DNA from: Myxococcota bacterium
Lineage (GTDB): Bacteria > Myxococcota_A > UBA9160 > UBA4427
Length of the DNA stretch: 64,000 bases
Assembly (NCBI GenBank): GCA_965250285.1
Contig: OZ252299.1
Location: 3,904,001-3,968,000, forward strand
Reading direction: 5' to 3'
The notes under the pieces were generated by a model. That model had not been told where the DNA came from and did no database searches. It was given only the letters and a program-made list of their open reading frames with translations. Position numbers and translations under genes: made by a program. Every line of letters starts with the position of its first letter. The stretch's first letter is position 1. Below are positions 20,943 through 29,745 of the stretch, one piece after another.

Positions 20943-21473
20943 CTAGGCGCTCTCACCCGCCTTGTGGAACTGGACCTTGGGCGTGTCCCCGGCCGGCGCG
21001 GGCGACTTGGCGCGCAGCAGCTCGAGCGCCTCCTTCGCGTCGTCGTCGGTGAACGGTCGGGTCAACCGCGCGAACTCGACGACGTTGCCGTCGGGATCCT
21101 CGGTGTAGATCGAGTGGATCCAGCCGTGATCGATCTCGAGCACGTCGAGGCCATGGTCGAGCCAGCGCTGCCTTCGGCGCACTATGTCGTCGGCATCGTC
21201 GGCCTGGAAGGCGAAGTGGTTCATCATCGGGTCGAGCCCGAGATCGCGATTGAGATCGGTGCGCGGGTTCTCCTGGCCGGGCACGTTCGCGACGTCCCAG
21301 AACGCGATCAGCCCCTCGGTCGTCGAGCCGGTCGAGTAGAAGACGTGCCGGCTGAAGCCGCCCTTCGCCTCGGCCACCTCGACCTTCACGAGCTCGAAGC
21401 CCATGGCCTCGGTGTAGAAGGTGTGGGTCGCTTCGATGTCCTTGATGGTCACCGCGATGTGGTTCACGCCCAT
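20943..21473 (-). CDS. VOC (glyoxalase/bleomycin resistance) family protein
   Basis: GVNHIA...FY...MGF, NHFAF and SIY.EDPDGNVVE metal-binding motifs. Confidence 0.9.
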   Translation of the reverse strand: MGVNHIAVTIKDIEATHTFYTEAMGFELVKVEVAEAKGGFSRHVFYSTGSTTEGLIAFWDVANVPGQENPRTDLNRDLGLDPMMNHFAFQADDADDIVRRRQRWLDHGLDVLEIDHGWIHSIYTEDPDGNVVEFARLTRPFTDDDAKEALELLRAKSPAPAGDTPKVQFHKAGESA

Positions 21474-21475
21474 GG

Positions 21476-22375
21476 TCAGTCCTCCCCGTTCGAGTCTCGC
21501 TCGAGCGTCAGCAGCCGCTCTTCGTACGCAGGCCAGCCGAGCAGCTCGCGCGCGTCATCGAAGCGAACGCGGCTTTCGCCGCTCGCGCCCTGCTGCGCCA
21601 GCTCACGCGCCGCGCCCTGCATCGCGTGGATGGTGTGCAGCAGCAGCGACACCGGATACAGCACGACCGCGTAGCCGATGTCGGTGAGCTCGTCGGGAGA
21701 GAGCCAGGGCGTCTTGCCGTCTTCGACGAGATTCGCCGTCTTGAAGCCCGGCACGCCCTCGCAGTAGCGACGCATCTGCTCGACGCTCTCGGGGGCCTCG
21801 AGGAATGTCACGTCGGCCCCCGCGTCGACGAAGGCTTCACAGCGCCAGAGCGCCTCGTCGAAGCCGTCGGTCGCGCAGGCGTCGGTGCGGGCCATGATGA
21901 GGACGTCGAGGCCGTGCTCTTCGCGCACGCGGGCGCATGCGCGAATGCGCTGCACCGCCTCTTCGCGGTCGACGATGGCCTTGCCCGCGGTGTGGCCGCA
22001 GCGCTTCGGCCACTGCTGGTCTTCGATCATCACGCAGGCGAGCCCGGCTCGGGCGCAGCCGAGCAGCGTGCGCTCTGCGTTGATTGCATTGCCATAGCCG
22101 GTGTCGGCATCGCCGATGATGGGCAGCGCCGTCGCCGCGCACACGCTTCGCGCCTGATCGAGCATCTCGCCGTAGCTCATGAGACCGACGTCGGGCAGGC
22201 CGAGCCGGGCGGCCGCCACCGAGAAGCCACCGACGAACCCCGCGTCGAAGCCAGCCGATTCGAGCACACGGGCCGAGAGCCCGTCGAAGCAGCCGGGGGC
22301 CTGGACCACCGAGCCCGCTTCGAGCAGCCCCCGCAGCCGTGCACCGGGCGCCTCGGACTTCGGAAACAAGGTCAC
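21476..22375 (-). CDS. Isocitrate lyase / PEP mutase family protein (methylisocitrate or dimethylmalate lyase-like)
   Basis: FDGLSAR, DADTGYG, IEDQ..PKRCGH and ARTDA motifs. Confidence 0.9.
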   Translation of the reverse strand: MTLFPKSEAPGARLRGLLEAGSVVQAPGCFDGLSARVLESAGFDAGFVGGFSVAAARLGLPDVGLMSYGEMLDQARSVCAATALPIIGDADTGYGNAINAERTLLGCARAGLACVMIEDQQWPKRCGHTAGKAIVDREEAVQRIRACARVREEHGLDVLIMARTDACATDGFDEALWRCEAFVDAGADVTFLEAPESVEQMRRYCEGVPGFKTANLVEDGKTPWLSPDELTDIGYAVVLYPVSLLLHTIHAMQGAARELAQQGASGESRVRFDDARELLGWPAYEERLLTLERDSNGED

Positions 22376-23073
22376 GGCGTCGGGCCCACGGCCCGCCGCT
22401 CGTCGGCGTGGGCCTGGTCATGGGCCGCCACGAGCGCGTCCTTCGCCTGCAGCACGTGCTCGGCCATCAAGCGGCCGGCCCGCTCGCCGTCGCCCGCGCA
22501 GAGCGCGTCGACGATCAGCCGATGAAACAGCGCCGAACGATCGAGCTCGTCACGCCCGAAGCGCTGGTACGCGCGCAGCACGAGCGGGTTCTCGATCGTC
22601 GAGTCGAGGGCCATGCCGAGGAAGGGGTTGCGCGCCATGTCGGCGATCTTGTGGTGGAGCGCCGCGTTGGCGGCACGCACGGCGACGAAGTCGGCGCTGT
22701 CGTCTTCGCGCGCCGCGACGTCGAATGCGTCGGCCAACCGATGCAGCGCGTCGCGATCGGCGTCGTCTGCCCGGCGGGCGGCGAGACGGCAGGCGAATGC
22801 CTCGAGCTGCGCGCGCAGCTCGTAGAGGTCGGCGATCTGCTGGCCGGTGAGCGCCCGCATCGTGGCGCCGCGGCGCTTCTCGATCTCGACGACGCCCTCG
22901 CGTTCGAGCCAGCGCAGCGCCTGGCGGACGGGCGTGCGCGAGACGCCCGCCCGCTCGGCGATCTCGGCCTCGACCAGCCGCTGGCCCGGCGCGTAGCGAC
23001 CCGCGGCGATGTCCTCGCGGATCGCCTGGTAGGCGCGGTCGGTCTGATCGGGTTGAGGAGAGGACGCGGACAC
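22372..23073 (-). CDS. GntR family (FadR/FCD) transcriptional regulator
   Basis: PGQRLVE..IAERAGVSRTPVRQAL winged HTH and an FCD domain (NAALH...H..IV.AL...D.ERA...M.EH). Confidence 0.93.
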   Translation of the reverse strand: MSASSPQPDQTDRAYQAIREDIAAGRYAPGQRLVEAEIAERAGVSRTPVRQALRWLEREGVVEIEKRRGATMRALTGQQIADLYELRAQLEAFACRLAARRADDADRDALHRLADAFDVAAREDDSADFVAVRAANAALHHKIADMARNPFLGMALDSTIENPLVLRAYQRFGRDELDRSALFHRLIVDALCAGDGERAGRLMAEHVLQAKDALVAAHDQAHADERRAVGPTP

Positions 23074-23075
23074 AC

Positions 23076-23091
23076 TTTTGGTATACCAAAA
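23076..23091. promoter_or_regulatory. Perfect 16-bp palindrome TTTTGGTATACCAAAA, probable GntR operator
   Basis: AT-rich perfect inverted repeat 2 nt upstream of the GntR GTG start. The TGGTATACCA core resembles FadR-subfamily operators. Confidence 0.8.
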
Positions 23092-23128
23092 AGGCCGATT
23101 GTAGCCAATAATCTTCGACCGAAGGCCA

Positions 23129-23141
23129 TTTGGTATACGAA
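23129..23141. promoter_or_regulatory. Second, imperfect operator copy TTTGGTATACGAA
   Basis: One mismatch to the first site. A TACAAT -10-like hexamer (minus strand, 23098-23103) lies between the two sites. Confidence 0.65.
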
Positions 23142-23159
23142 GTGAGCGCCTCGGCGCAT

Positions 23160-24368
23160 TCAGGGCGTCGCGACCGCCTTCATCAGCTCGATCGTCTCCT
23201 CGTCGACCCCCGCCTCCCGCAGCACCTCTTCGGTGTGCTGCGAGAGCGCCGGCGCGGGCGAGCGGCCCTCGAGACGATGCCCCGACAGCTGGAACGGGGG
23301 CGTCACGCTCTCGAAGCGGCCGTGCTCGGGGTGGTCGACCTCGACGAAGCAGCCATTGGCCCGCGCCATCGGATCAGCGGTCGCCTCTGCGACGGTGCGC
23401 ACGGGCGCGGCGATGACACGGCACTGCTCGAAGTGCGCGGTCCATTCCGCCAGCGACCGGGTCGCGAACACCTCATCGAGCAGCTCGACCAGTGCGCGAC
23501 TGTTTCGGTAGCGGCCACTCGCGTCGACGAAGCGCTCGTCGTCCTTCAACTCGGGACGCTCGATGGCCTCGACCAGACGCGGCCAGTACGCGTTCGAGTC
23601 GAGCATGACGAGGAAGATCCAGCGCCCGTCCTGGCACGGATAGAAGTTCCACAGCGGGTTGCGCGGCGCGCGGCGATCGTGACGCGGCGGCACCTCGCCC
23701 GTCACGACCGACTGGGCGGTGTCGTTGCCGTTCACGTAGAGACCGACCTGCTGCAGATTCACGTCGACGATCTGCCCCTCACCCGTCTGGTCGCGCATGC
23801 GCAGCGCCGTCAGCACGCCGGAGAGCAGCGCGAGCGCCGCGGGGTGATCGCCGGCGCCACCCCGCGGAAACGCCGGCGGCGAGTCGGGATCGCGCTGTTG
23901 GTCCATCAGGCCCGAGAGCGCGAAGAACGCCGTCTGATCGAAACCGGGCGCGTCGGCCTGGGGGCCGTCGGCCGAGAAGCCGCCCATGCGCGCGAGGATC
24001 AGCTCGGGGCGCTCGGCCCGCAGCGTCTCGGCATCGAGTCCAAACTTCGCGAGGCGGCCGGGCAGCACGTTCGTCATCACGATGTCGCTGCGATCGATCA
24101 GCTTCGCGAGCACCTCTTGCGACTGCGGCAGGGCCAGATCGAGCGCCACCGACCGCTTGCCGCGGTTGTCCATCTCGAACGCGAGCCCGAGGTCGATCTC
24201 GTGTGTGTACCCGTTTCGGTACGGCGTCGCGTGGCGGTAGACCTCGCCCCAGGGCACCTCGACCTTCACGACGTCGGCACCGAGCTCGGCGAGCAGCGAG
24301 GCGGCGGCCGGAACGGCGATGTAGTTGGCGATCTCGAGCACGCGGATCCCGTCGAGGGGTCCCTTCAT
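23160..24368 (-). CDS. Family III CoA-transferase (CaiB/BaiF)
   Basis: MKGPLDGIRVLE, LGADVVKVE, NRGKRSVALDL and GAGDHPAA (catalytic Asp). Confidence 0.92.
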   Translation of the reverse strand: MKGPLDGIRVLEIANYIAVPAAASLLAELGADVVKVEVPWGEVYRHATPYRNGYTHEIDLGLAFEMDNRGKRSVALDLALPQSQEVLAKLIDRSDIVMTNVLPGRLAKFGLDAETLRAERPELILARMGGFSADGPQADAPGFDQTAFFALSGLMDQQRDPDSPPAFPRGGAGDHPAALALLSGVLTALRMRDQTGEGQIVDVNLQQVGLYVNGNDTAQSVVTGEVPPRHDRRAPRNPLWNFYPCQDGRWIFLVMLDSNAYWPRLVEAIERPELKDDERFVDASGRYRNSRALVELLDEVFATRSLAEWTAHFEQCRVIAAPVRTVAEATADPMARANGCFVEVDHPEHGRFESVTPPFQLSGHRLEGRSPAPALSQHTEEVLREAGVDEETIELMKAVATP

Positions 24369-24542
24369 GGCTGTTTCCTCGTCTCGGACGCGCGGGCCCG
24401 ACGGTGGATCTGCTTCGGTCGACCCCGCCGAGGCGGGCCCCCCACGATAGGGGGGCGCAGCCGGGCTGTCTCGATCGTCTGGTCGCGCCCTGGCGCTCGC
24501 CGCGCAGGCGACACTTGGCTGCGGCGCCGCCGAGAGCGCATA

Positions 24543-26009
24543 ATGACCCGGATGTCCATTCACGATCGACTCACCGAAGAGATCCGCAAGGGCCCGAGCG
24601 GCCCCGAGGTGGGCGCCTTCTTCGACCTCGATCAGACCCTGCTCGCCGGTTTCTCGGCCTCGGCCTTCTTTCAAGAGCGCCTGCTCTCGGGCCGCATGGC
24701 GCCCGCCGACGTCGCCGAGTCGCTGCTCGGGACGCTCTCGTTCGCGCTCGGCCGCACCGGCTTCTCGGGCCTCATGTCGGCCACGACGGCCGCCTACCGC
24801 GGCATCGCCGAGTCGACGCTCGAGACCGTGGGTCAGGAGGTGTTCGAGAAGCACCTGGCCACGCAGATCTTTCCCGAGTCGCGCGCGCTGGTCGAAGCCC
24901 ACCAGGCCATGGGACATACCGTGGCGATCATCTCATCGGCGACGCGCTACCAGGCCGAGCCCATGGCGCGCGAGCTCGGGATCGAACACGTGATGTGCAC
25001 CGAGCTCGTCGTCGAGAACGGCGCGTTCACGGGCGAGGTCGTCCACCCGACCTGCTACGGCGAAGGCAAGGCCGACGCCGGGCGTCGACTGGCGCGGCGC
25101 CACGGGCTCGACCTCGACCAGAGCTGGTTCTACACCGACAGCCACGAAGATCTGCCTCTGCTCGACATCGTGGGACGTCCTCGCCCGCTCAATCCGAACC
25201 CCAAGCTCGCGCAGATCGCCAAGGAGCGGCGCTGGCCGGTGCGGCGCTTCACGAGCCGCGGGCGTCCCAGCGTCGGCGACCTCGTTCGAACGGGCCTGAC
25301 GTACGCGAGCGTGGCGCCCTCGCTCTGGGCCGGGGCGGCGGCCGGCGTGGTGAACGGCTCGATGCGTGAGGCGATCAACGTCGCGGGCGCCGTCTGGGGC
25401 GACCTGGCGACGTCGCTCGCGGGCATCGACCTGCGCATCGAGGGCGAGGAGCACCTCTGGAGCGATCGTCCGGCCGTCTTCATCTTCAATCATCAGAGTC
25501 AGCTCGACGCCGTATTGATGATCAAGATGCTGCGCCGCGACCTGACCGGCGTCGGCAAGCAGGAGATCAGGCGCAACCCCATCTTCGGACCGATCTTCGG
25601 CGCCGCGGGCGTCGTCTTCATCGATCGCTTCGATCGCAAGAAGGCCATCGAGGCGCTGAAGCCGGCCGTTCAGGCGCTGCACGAGGGGCGCTCACTCGTC
25701 ATCGCGCCCGAGGGCACGCGCTCGCTGACGCCCCGGCCCGGCCCGTTCAAGAAGGGCGCGTTCCACATCGCGATGCAGGCGAAGGTGCCGATCGTGCCCG
25801 TCGTTTTTCGCAACGTGCTCGACGCGATGCCGAAGAACGCGCTCGTCGTGCGCCCCGCCACCGTCGAGGCGGTCGTGCTGCCACCGATCGACACCAGCGA
25901 CTGGCGCGTCGACGAGCTCGACCGGAACATCGCCGATGTGCGTCAGCGCTACCTCGACGTCCTCGACTCGGATTCACCCGGCGCCGAAGCCCCACGACGG
26001 GCGGAGTAG
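24543..26009 (+). CDS. Bifunctional HAD-IB phosphatase / lysophospholipid acyltransferase
   Basis: HAD motifs FFDLDQTL, GK and YTDSHEDL. Acyltransferase motifs NHQSQLD, FIDR, PEGTRS and FKKGAF. The start could be ATG 24552. Confidence 0.9.
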   Translation: MTRMSIHDRLTEEIRKGPSGPEVGAFFDLDQTLLAGFSASAFFQERLLSGRMAPADVAESLLGTLSFALGRTGFSGLMSATTAAYRGIAESTLETVGQEVFEKHLATQIFPESRALVEAHQAMGHTVAIISSATRYQAEPMARELGIEHVMCTELVVENGAFTGEVVHPTCYGEGKADAGRRLARRHGLDLDQSWFYTDSHEDLPLLDIVGRPRPLNPNPKLAQIAKERRWPVRRFTSRGRPSVGDLVRTGLTYASVAPSLWAGAAAGVVNGSMREAINVAGAVWGDLATSLAGIDLRIEGEEHLWSDRPAVFIFNHQSQLDAVLMIKMLRRDLTGVGKQEIRRNPIFGPIFGAAGVVFIDRFDRKKAIEALKPAVQALHEGRSLVIAPEGTRSLTPRPGPFKKGAFHIAMQAKVPIVPVVFRNVLDAMPKNALVVRPATVEAVVLPPIDTSDWRVDELDRNIADVRQRYLDVLDSDSPGAEAPRRAE

Positions 26010-26015
26010 GAGTCG

Positions 26016-27023
26016 ATGCCGATGGAGCTGCGCGTCTCGGTGCTCGGCGCCGGATCGTTCGGCACCACGATCGCGCACCTGGCCGCGCGCAACGCGCCGG
26101 TCACGCTCTGGTGCCGCCGCACGGAGACCGCGGACGAGATCAACCGCGCGCACACGCATACGCGCTACCTCGACGGGTATTCGATCGACCCCGACGTTCG
26201 GGCCACAGCGTCGCTCGAAGAGGCCGTGCGCGAGGCCGACGTGCTGGTGCTCGGCGTGCCGTCGGTGGGCATGCGCGAGGTGCTGGGCGAGGTCGCACGC
26301 CACATTCGACCGTGGGTGCCGATCGTGAGCCTGGCGAAGGGCCTCGAGCCCGAATCCAACCTGCGCATGACGCAGGTGATTCGCGAAGAGCTGCCCGACC
26401 ACCGCGCCGGCGCGCTCACCGGGCCCAACCTCGCGAAGGAGATCATGGGTGGGATGGCCGCGGCGAGCGTGATCGCGTTCGAAGACGCCGAGGTCGCGCG
26501 GCAGCTCCAGGCCGTCTTCAACTCGGGCCTCTTTCGCGTCTACACGAACCCCGACGTGATCGGCTGCGAGCTCGGCGGCGCACTCAAGAACGTCATCGCC
26601 ATCGCCGCCGGAATGGGCGATGGCCTGGGCGTCGGCGACAACACGCGAGCAGCGATCCTCTCGCGCGGCCTGGCCGAGCTGACGCGGCTCGGCGTCGCCA
26701 TGGGGGGGCAGCCGGCCACGTTTGCGGGCCTGGCCGGCATCGGCGACCTGATCGCGACCTGCAGCAGCAAGCAGAGCCGCAACCGCTTCGTCGGCGAAGA
26801 GCTCGGGCGCGGCCAGAAGATCGACCAGATCATTGCCGGAATGAAGCAGGTCGCGGAGGGCGTCAAGACGACGCGCGTGGTGATGGATCTCGGTCGGCAG
26901 TTCGACCTCGACCTGCCGATCACGCGCGACGTGTACGGCGTGCTCTATGAAGGTCGGACGGCGCTGCAGGCCTACCGCGGCCTGGTGCGGCGCGACCCGG
27001 GCGCCGAGAGCGAGCCGGGCTGA
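26016..27023 (+). CDS. gpsA: NAD(P)H-dependent glycerol-3-phosphate dehydrogenase
   Basis: GAGSFGT, GPNLAKE, ELGGALKNVIAIAAG, GDN..AA...RGLAE and GDLIATC.S..SRN motifs. Confidence 0.96.
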   Translation: MPMELRVSVLGAGSFGTTIAHLAARNAPVTLWCRRTETADEINRAHTHTRYLDGYSIDPDVRATASLEEAVREADVLVLGVPSVGMREVLGEVARHIRPWVPIVSLAKGLEPESNLRMTQVIREELPDHRAGALTGPNLAKEIMGGMAAASVIAFEDAEVARQLQAVFNSGLFRVYTNPDVIGCELGGALKNVIAIAAGMGDGLGVGDNTRAAILSRGLAELTRLGVAMGGQPATFAGLAGIGDLIATCSSKQSRNRFVGEELGRGQKIDQIIAGMKQVAEGVKTTRVVMDLGRQFDLDLPITRDVYGVLYEGRTALQAYRGLVRRDPGAESEPG

Positions 27024-27074
27024 AACCGAGCCAACGATACGGATATTCAGCGAGCCCGGCTGAGCCCTCGGCGC
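27001..27074. terminator. Imperfect long inverted repeat between convergent gpsA and GT2 genes
   Basis: GCGCCGAG (27001-8) pairs with CTCGGCGC (27067-74), and AGCCGGGCT (27013-21) pairs with AGCCCGGCT (27053-61). Confidence 0.3.
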
Positions 27075-27079
27075 GCCCG

Positions 27080-27799
27080 CTACTCGGGCACCGCAAGATC
27101 GCTGCGCCAGATGCGTCGACACGTCGACAGCGCCTCGACGACGATGTCGCGGCTGAGACTCGAGTTGGTGAACGTGTACCGGATCGGCACCTCTTCGATG
27201 CGCAGACCCGCGCGGTAGACCCAAGCGAGGGCTTCGATGTGGAAGTCGAAGGCGCGACACCCCATCGGTGCGCGCACGAGCAGCTCGGCGGCACGTCGTG
27301 AATACGAGCGATAGCCCGACGTCACGTCGGTGAGGCGCGCGCCGCCCCAGGGCACCCGTCGCCCCTCGAGCGCCAGGTTCATCAATCGGTTGCCGGCCCA
27401 TGAGAGCAGGCGACGCCGCATCGGCACGTCGATCACTTCATCGCGCACGCCGAGCACGAGGTCGGCGTCGGCCCGCTCGACAAAGAGCGGGATCGCATCG
27501 GGGTCGTGCGAGAGCCCGGCGTCCATCGTGATGCAGTGCGTGTAGTCGCCGGTCAATGCCCAGCGAAAGCCGTCGAGGATCGCGCCCGCGATGTGCGTGT
27601 TTCGCTCGTGACGCACGACGTGGACGGCCCCCGCTTCGGCGGCGAGTTCGGCCGTACCGTCGCGGCTGCCGTCATCGACCACGCAGACGGGCGCGTGTAC
27701 GCGGGCCCGCTTCACGACCTCGGCGATCGTGTCGGCTTCGTTGAGGGCCGGCACCACGACCACCGGCCGGGGCGCATCGGGCGCGGCGGCCTGGGTCAA
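27080..27799 (-). CDS. GT2 glycosyltransferase (polyprenol-phosphate glycosyltransferase, Dpm1-like)
   Basis: VVPALNEA, VVDDGSRDGT, MDAGLSHDP and DVTSGYRSY motifs. TTG start overlaps the upstream TGA. Confidence 0.88.
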   Translation of the reverse strand: MTQAAAPDAPRPVVVVPALNEADTIAEVVKRARVHAPVCVVDDGSRDGTAELAAEAGAVHVVRHERNTHIAGAILDGFRWALTGDYTHCITMDAGLSHDPDAIPLFVERADADLVLGVRDEVIDVPMRRRLLSWAGNRLMNLALEGRRVPWGGARLTDVTSGYRSYSRRAAELLVRAPMGCRAFDFHIEALAWVYRAGLRIEEVPIRYTFTNSSLSRDIVVEALSTCRRIWRSDLAVPE

Positions 27800-28560
27800 C
27801 GGCGCTCCCCGGCGCCCGCCCTCGCCGCGTCGGCGCGCTCGCGGTTCTCGATCTCGGCGCGCTCGATGTCCTCGGGTGTGTTGATGTTCACGTAGACGTC
27901 GCCGATGTCGAAGGCCCGTACAGGCAGCCCGTCGTCGATCGCGCACTGGATCAGATCGGGCAGCTCCTTCTCGTTGCGACTCTGGTTGATGGGCGTGAGG
28001 TCGATGTAGTCGAAGATCTTCGACCGGAAGATGCAGTTGCCGGTCCCACGCACGTCGTTGTGTGGCCGGCGAGGCTTCTCGATCAGGCGGTAGATGCGTC
28101 GGTCGCGATCGTCTTCGATCACCGCGTAGGTCTTCTGGATCTCGGCCGCATCGGCCTCGTGCACGACGCCGCAGATCACGAAGAGCTGCTGCTCTTCGAA
28201 CATGCGCACCATCTCTTCGTGGTGCGGCGACCAGAGGATCTCATCGGCCAGGAAGAGCATGAAGTCGCTGCCGTCGACGACCTCTTTCGCACACTCGATG
28301 GCGTGCACGAGACCGTGCCGGTCCTGCTGGATCACGTAGCGAATTCGCGTGCCGTGATACTCGATGCCGAAGGCGTTGATGATCGCCTCAGCGCGGTACC
28401 CGACGACCATCACGATCTCGTCGACGCCGGCGCGCACGGCGTTCTCGAGGCTGTACTCGACGAGCGGCTTGCCGAACAGCCGAAGCATGCACTTGTTGCC
28501 GTCGTCGGGCTGCGCACCGAGCCGGCTGCCACGCCCCGCAGCGAGGATCAGCGCCTTCAT
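27796..28560 (-). CDS. Sugar-1-phosphate nucleotidyltransferase (RmlA-like)
   Basis: MKALILAAGRGSRL, K.ML...GKP, Q....GLVHA, IEKP and R.E.EL.D motifs. Confidence 0.9.
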   Translation of the reverse strand: MKALILAAGRGSRLGAQPDDGNKCMLRLFGKPLVEYSLENAVRAGVDEIVMVVGYRAEAIINAFGIEYHGTRIRYVIQQDRHGLVHAIECAKEVVDGSDFMLFLADEILWSPHHEEMVRMFEEQQLFVICGVVHEADAAEIQKTYAVIEDDRDRRIYRLIEKPRRPHNDVRGTGNCIFRSKIFDYIDLTPINQSRNEKELPDLIQCAIDDGLPVRAFDIGDVYVNINTPEDIERAEIENRERADAARAGAGERR

Positions 28561-29615
28561 CGAGCCGCGCCCCCGGCCATGGCGCCTTCTCCGTCGAAGA
28601 GCGCGCGATGCGTATCGACCCACTCGATCAGCTGCGGCACCCCCTCGGCAGGTCGCACCGTCGGCTCCCAGCCGAAGCCCTCGCGCGCCCGCGTGATGTC
28701 GCAGACGAAGTACTTGAGATCACCGAAGCGCGCCGGCTCGAATCGAACTTCGGTCTTGCGGCCGCTGACGCGATCGATCTCGTCGATGCACTCGAGCAGC
28801 GAGATCATGTGATCGGGCCCACCACCGACGTTGTAGATGCCAGCGGCCCCGCGCTCGTAGAAGCACTCGAAGGCGCGCGCGACGTCGGTCGCATACAGGA
28901 TGTCGCGAAGCTGCTTGCCGGTGCCGAAGATCGTGACCGGCCAACCGATCGCGTTGCGAATGCAGAAGTTCGCCACCCAGCCGTGGTCCTCACCGCCGAG
29001 CTGGCGCGGCCCGTAGATGCCGGTCAGCCGAAAGCTCGCTGCTCGCAGGCCGTAGCTCGACGCGTAGACCGACACGTAGTGCTCGGCCGCGGCCTTCGAC
29101 CCGTGGAGCGGGGTCAGATACCCCTCCATGGTCCGGGCGTCCTCGGCGATGGCCGGCGGATCGAGCTCGTAGCGGGTCTCGGTCTCGGTGAGCGCGTCGT
29201 TCACCCAGTTGCCGTACACGTGGACGGTCGCGCACGACGCGACCGGAATCGAGTGTCGACGCGCCGCCTCGAGCACGTGCACCGTGCCCGTCACGTTCGT
29301 CGACAGGTCGAGGAGCGGGTCTTCGAGGCTGATCGTGACGGCGGGCTGGGCCGCGGTGTGCACGATGTAGTCACATCGACTCGCATGGTCGAGCACGGCG
29401 TCGAGGTGGCGGATGTCTTCGCGCACCATCTCGACGCCCATGGCCTCGAGCAGGTTCCAGTTGTGGTCGCGGGCGAGGTCACTCTGATAGCCGGTCCGGT
29501 CGAGCTCCGACTTCGTCATGTTGTCGAACGAGACCACCTCCCAGCCCAGGCCGAGAAAGTGCTCGCAGACGTGCGAGCCCAGAAAGCCGCACCCGCCGGT
29601 CACCATCACTTTCAC
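28557..29615 (-). CDS. NAD-dependent nucleotide-sugar epimerase/dehydratase (CDP-paratose 2-epimerase-like)
   Basis: TGGCGFLGS, HTAAQPAVT.S..DP, GIYGPRQ.GGEDHGWVA.F and FGTGKQLRDIL motifs. The YxxxK site is atypical (see findings). Confidence 0.85.
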   Translation of the reverse strand: MKVMVTGGCGFLGSHVCEHFLGLGWEVVSFDNMTKSELDRTGYQSDLARDHNWNLLEAMGVEMVREDIRHLDAVLDHASRCDYIVHTAAQPAVTISLEDPLLDLSTNVTGTVHVLEAARRHSIPVASCATVHVYGNWVNDALTETETRYELDPPAIAEDARTMEGYLTPLHGSKAAAEHYVSVYASSYGLRAASFRLTGIYGPRQLGGEDHGWVANFCIRNAIGWPVTIFGTGKQLRDILYATDVARAFECFYERGAAGIYNVGGGPDHMISLLECIDEIDRVSGRKTEVRFEPARFGDLKYFVCDITRAREGFGWEPTVRPAEGVPQLIEWVDTHRALFDGEGAMAGGAAR

Positions 29616-29745
29616 GTCGACGGCCTCGCGCTCGTCGTCGGTGCCTCGAACGGGCCCGACAGGGAAGGGAGGGCGATTCTATCACGGGTCGTCGGTCGGG
29701 ATCTACGCCCGACCGGGGTGGCCCAATGCGTGAAGGGCGCGTGCG

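Noticed and set aside
23130..24542. N-terminal ~470 aa of the 959-aa ORF, suggesting a larger fusion
   Set aside because: This part is the antisense of the CoA-transferase gene. Recognisable HAD sequence starts only at about 24543.
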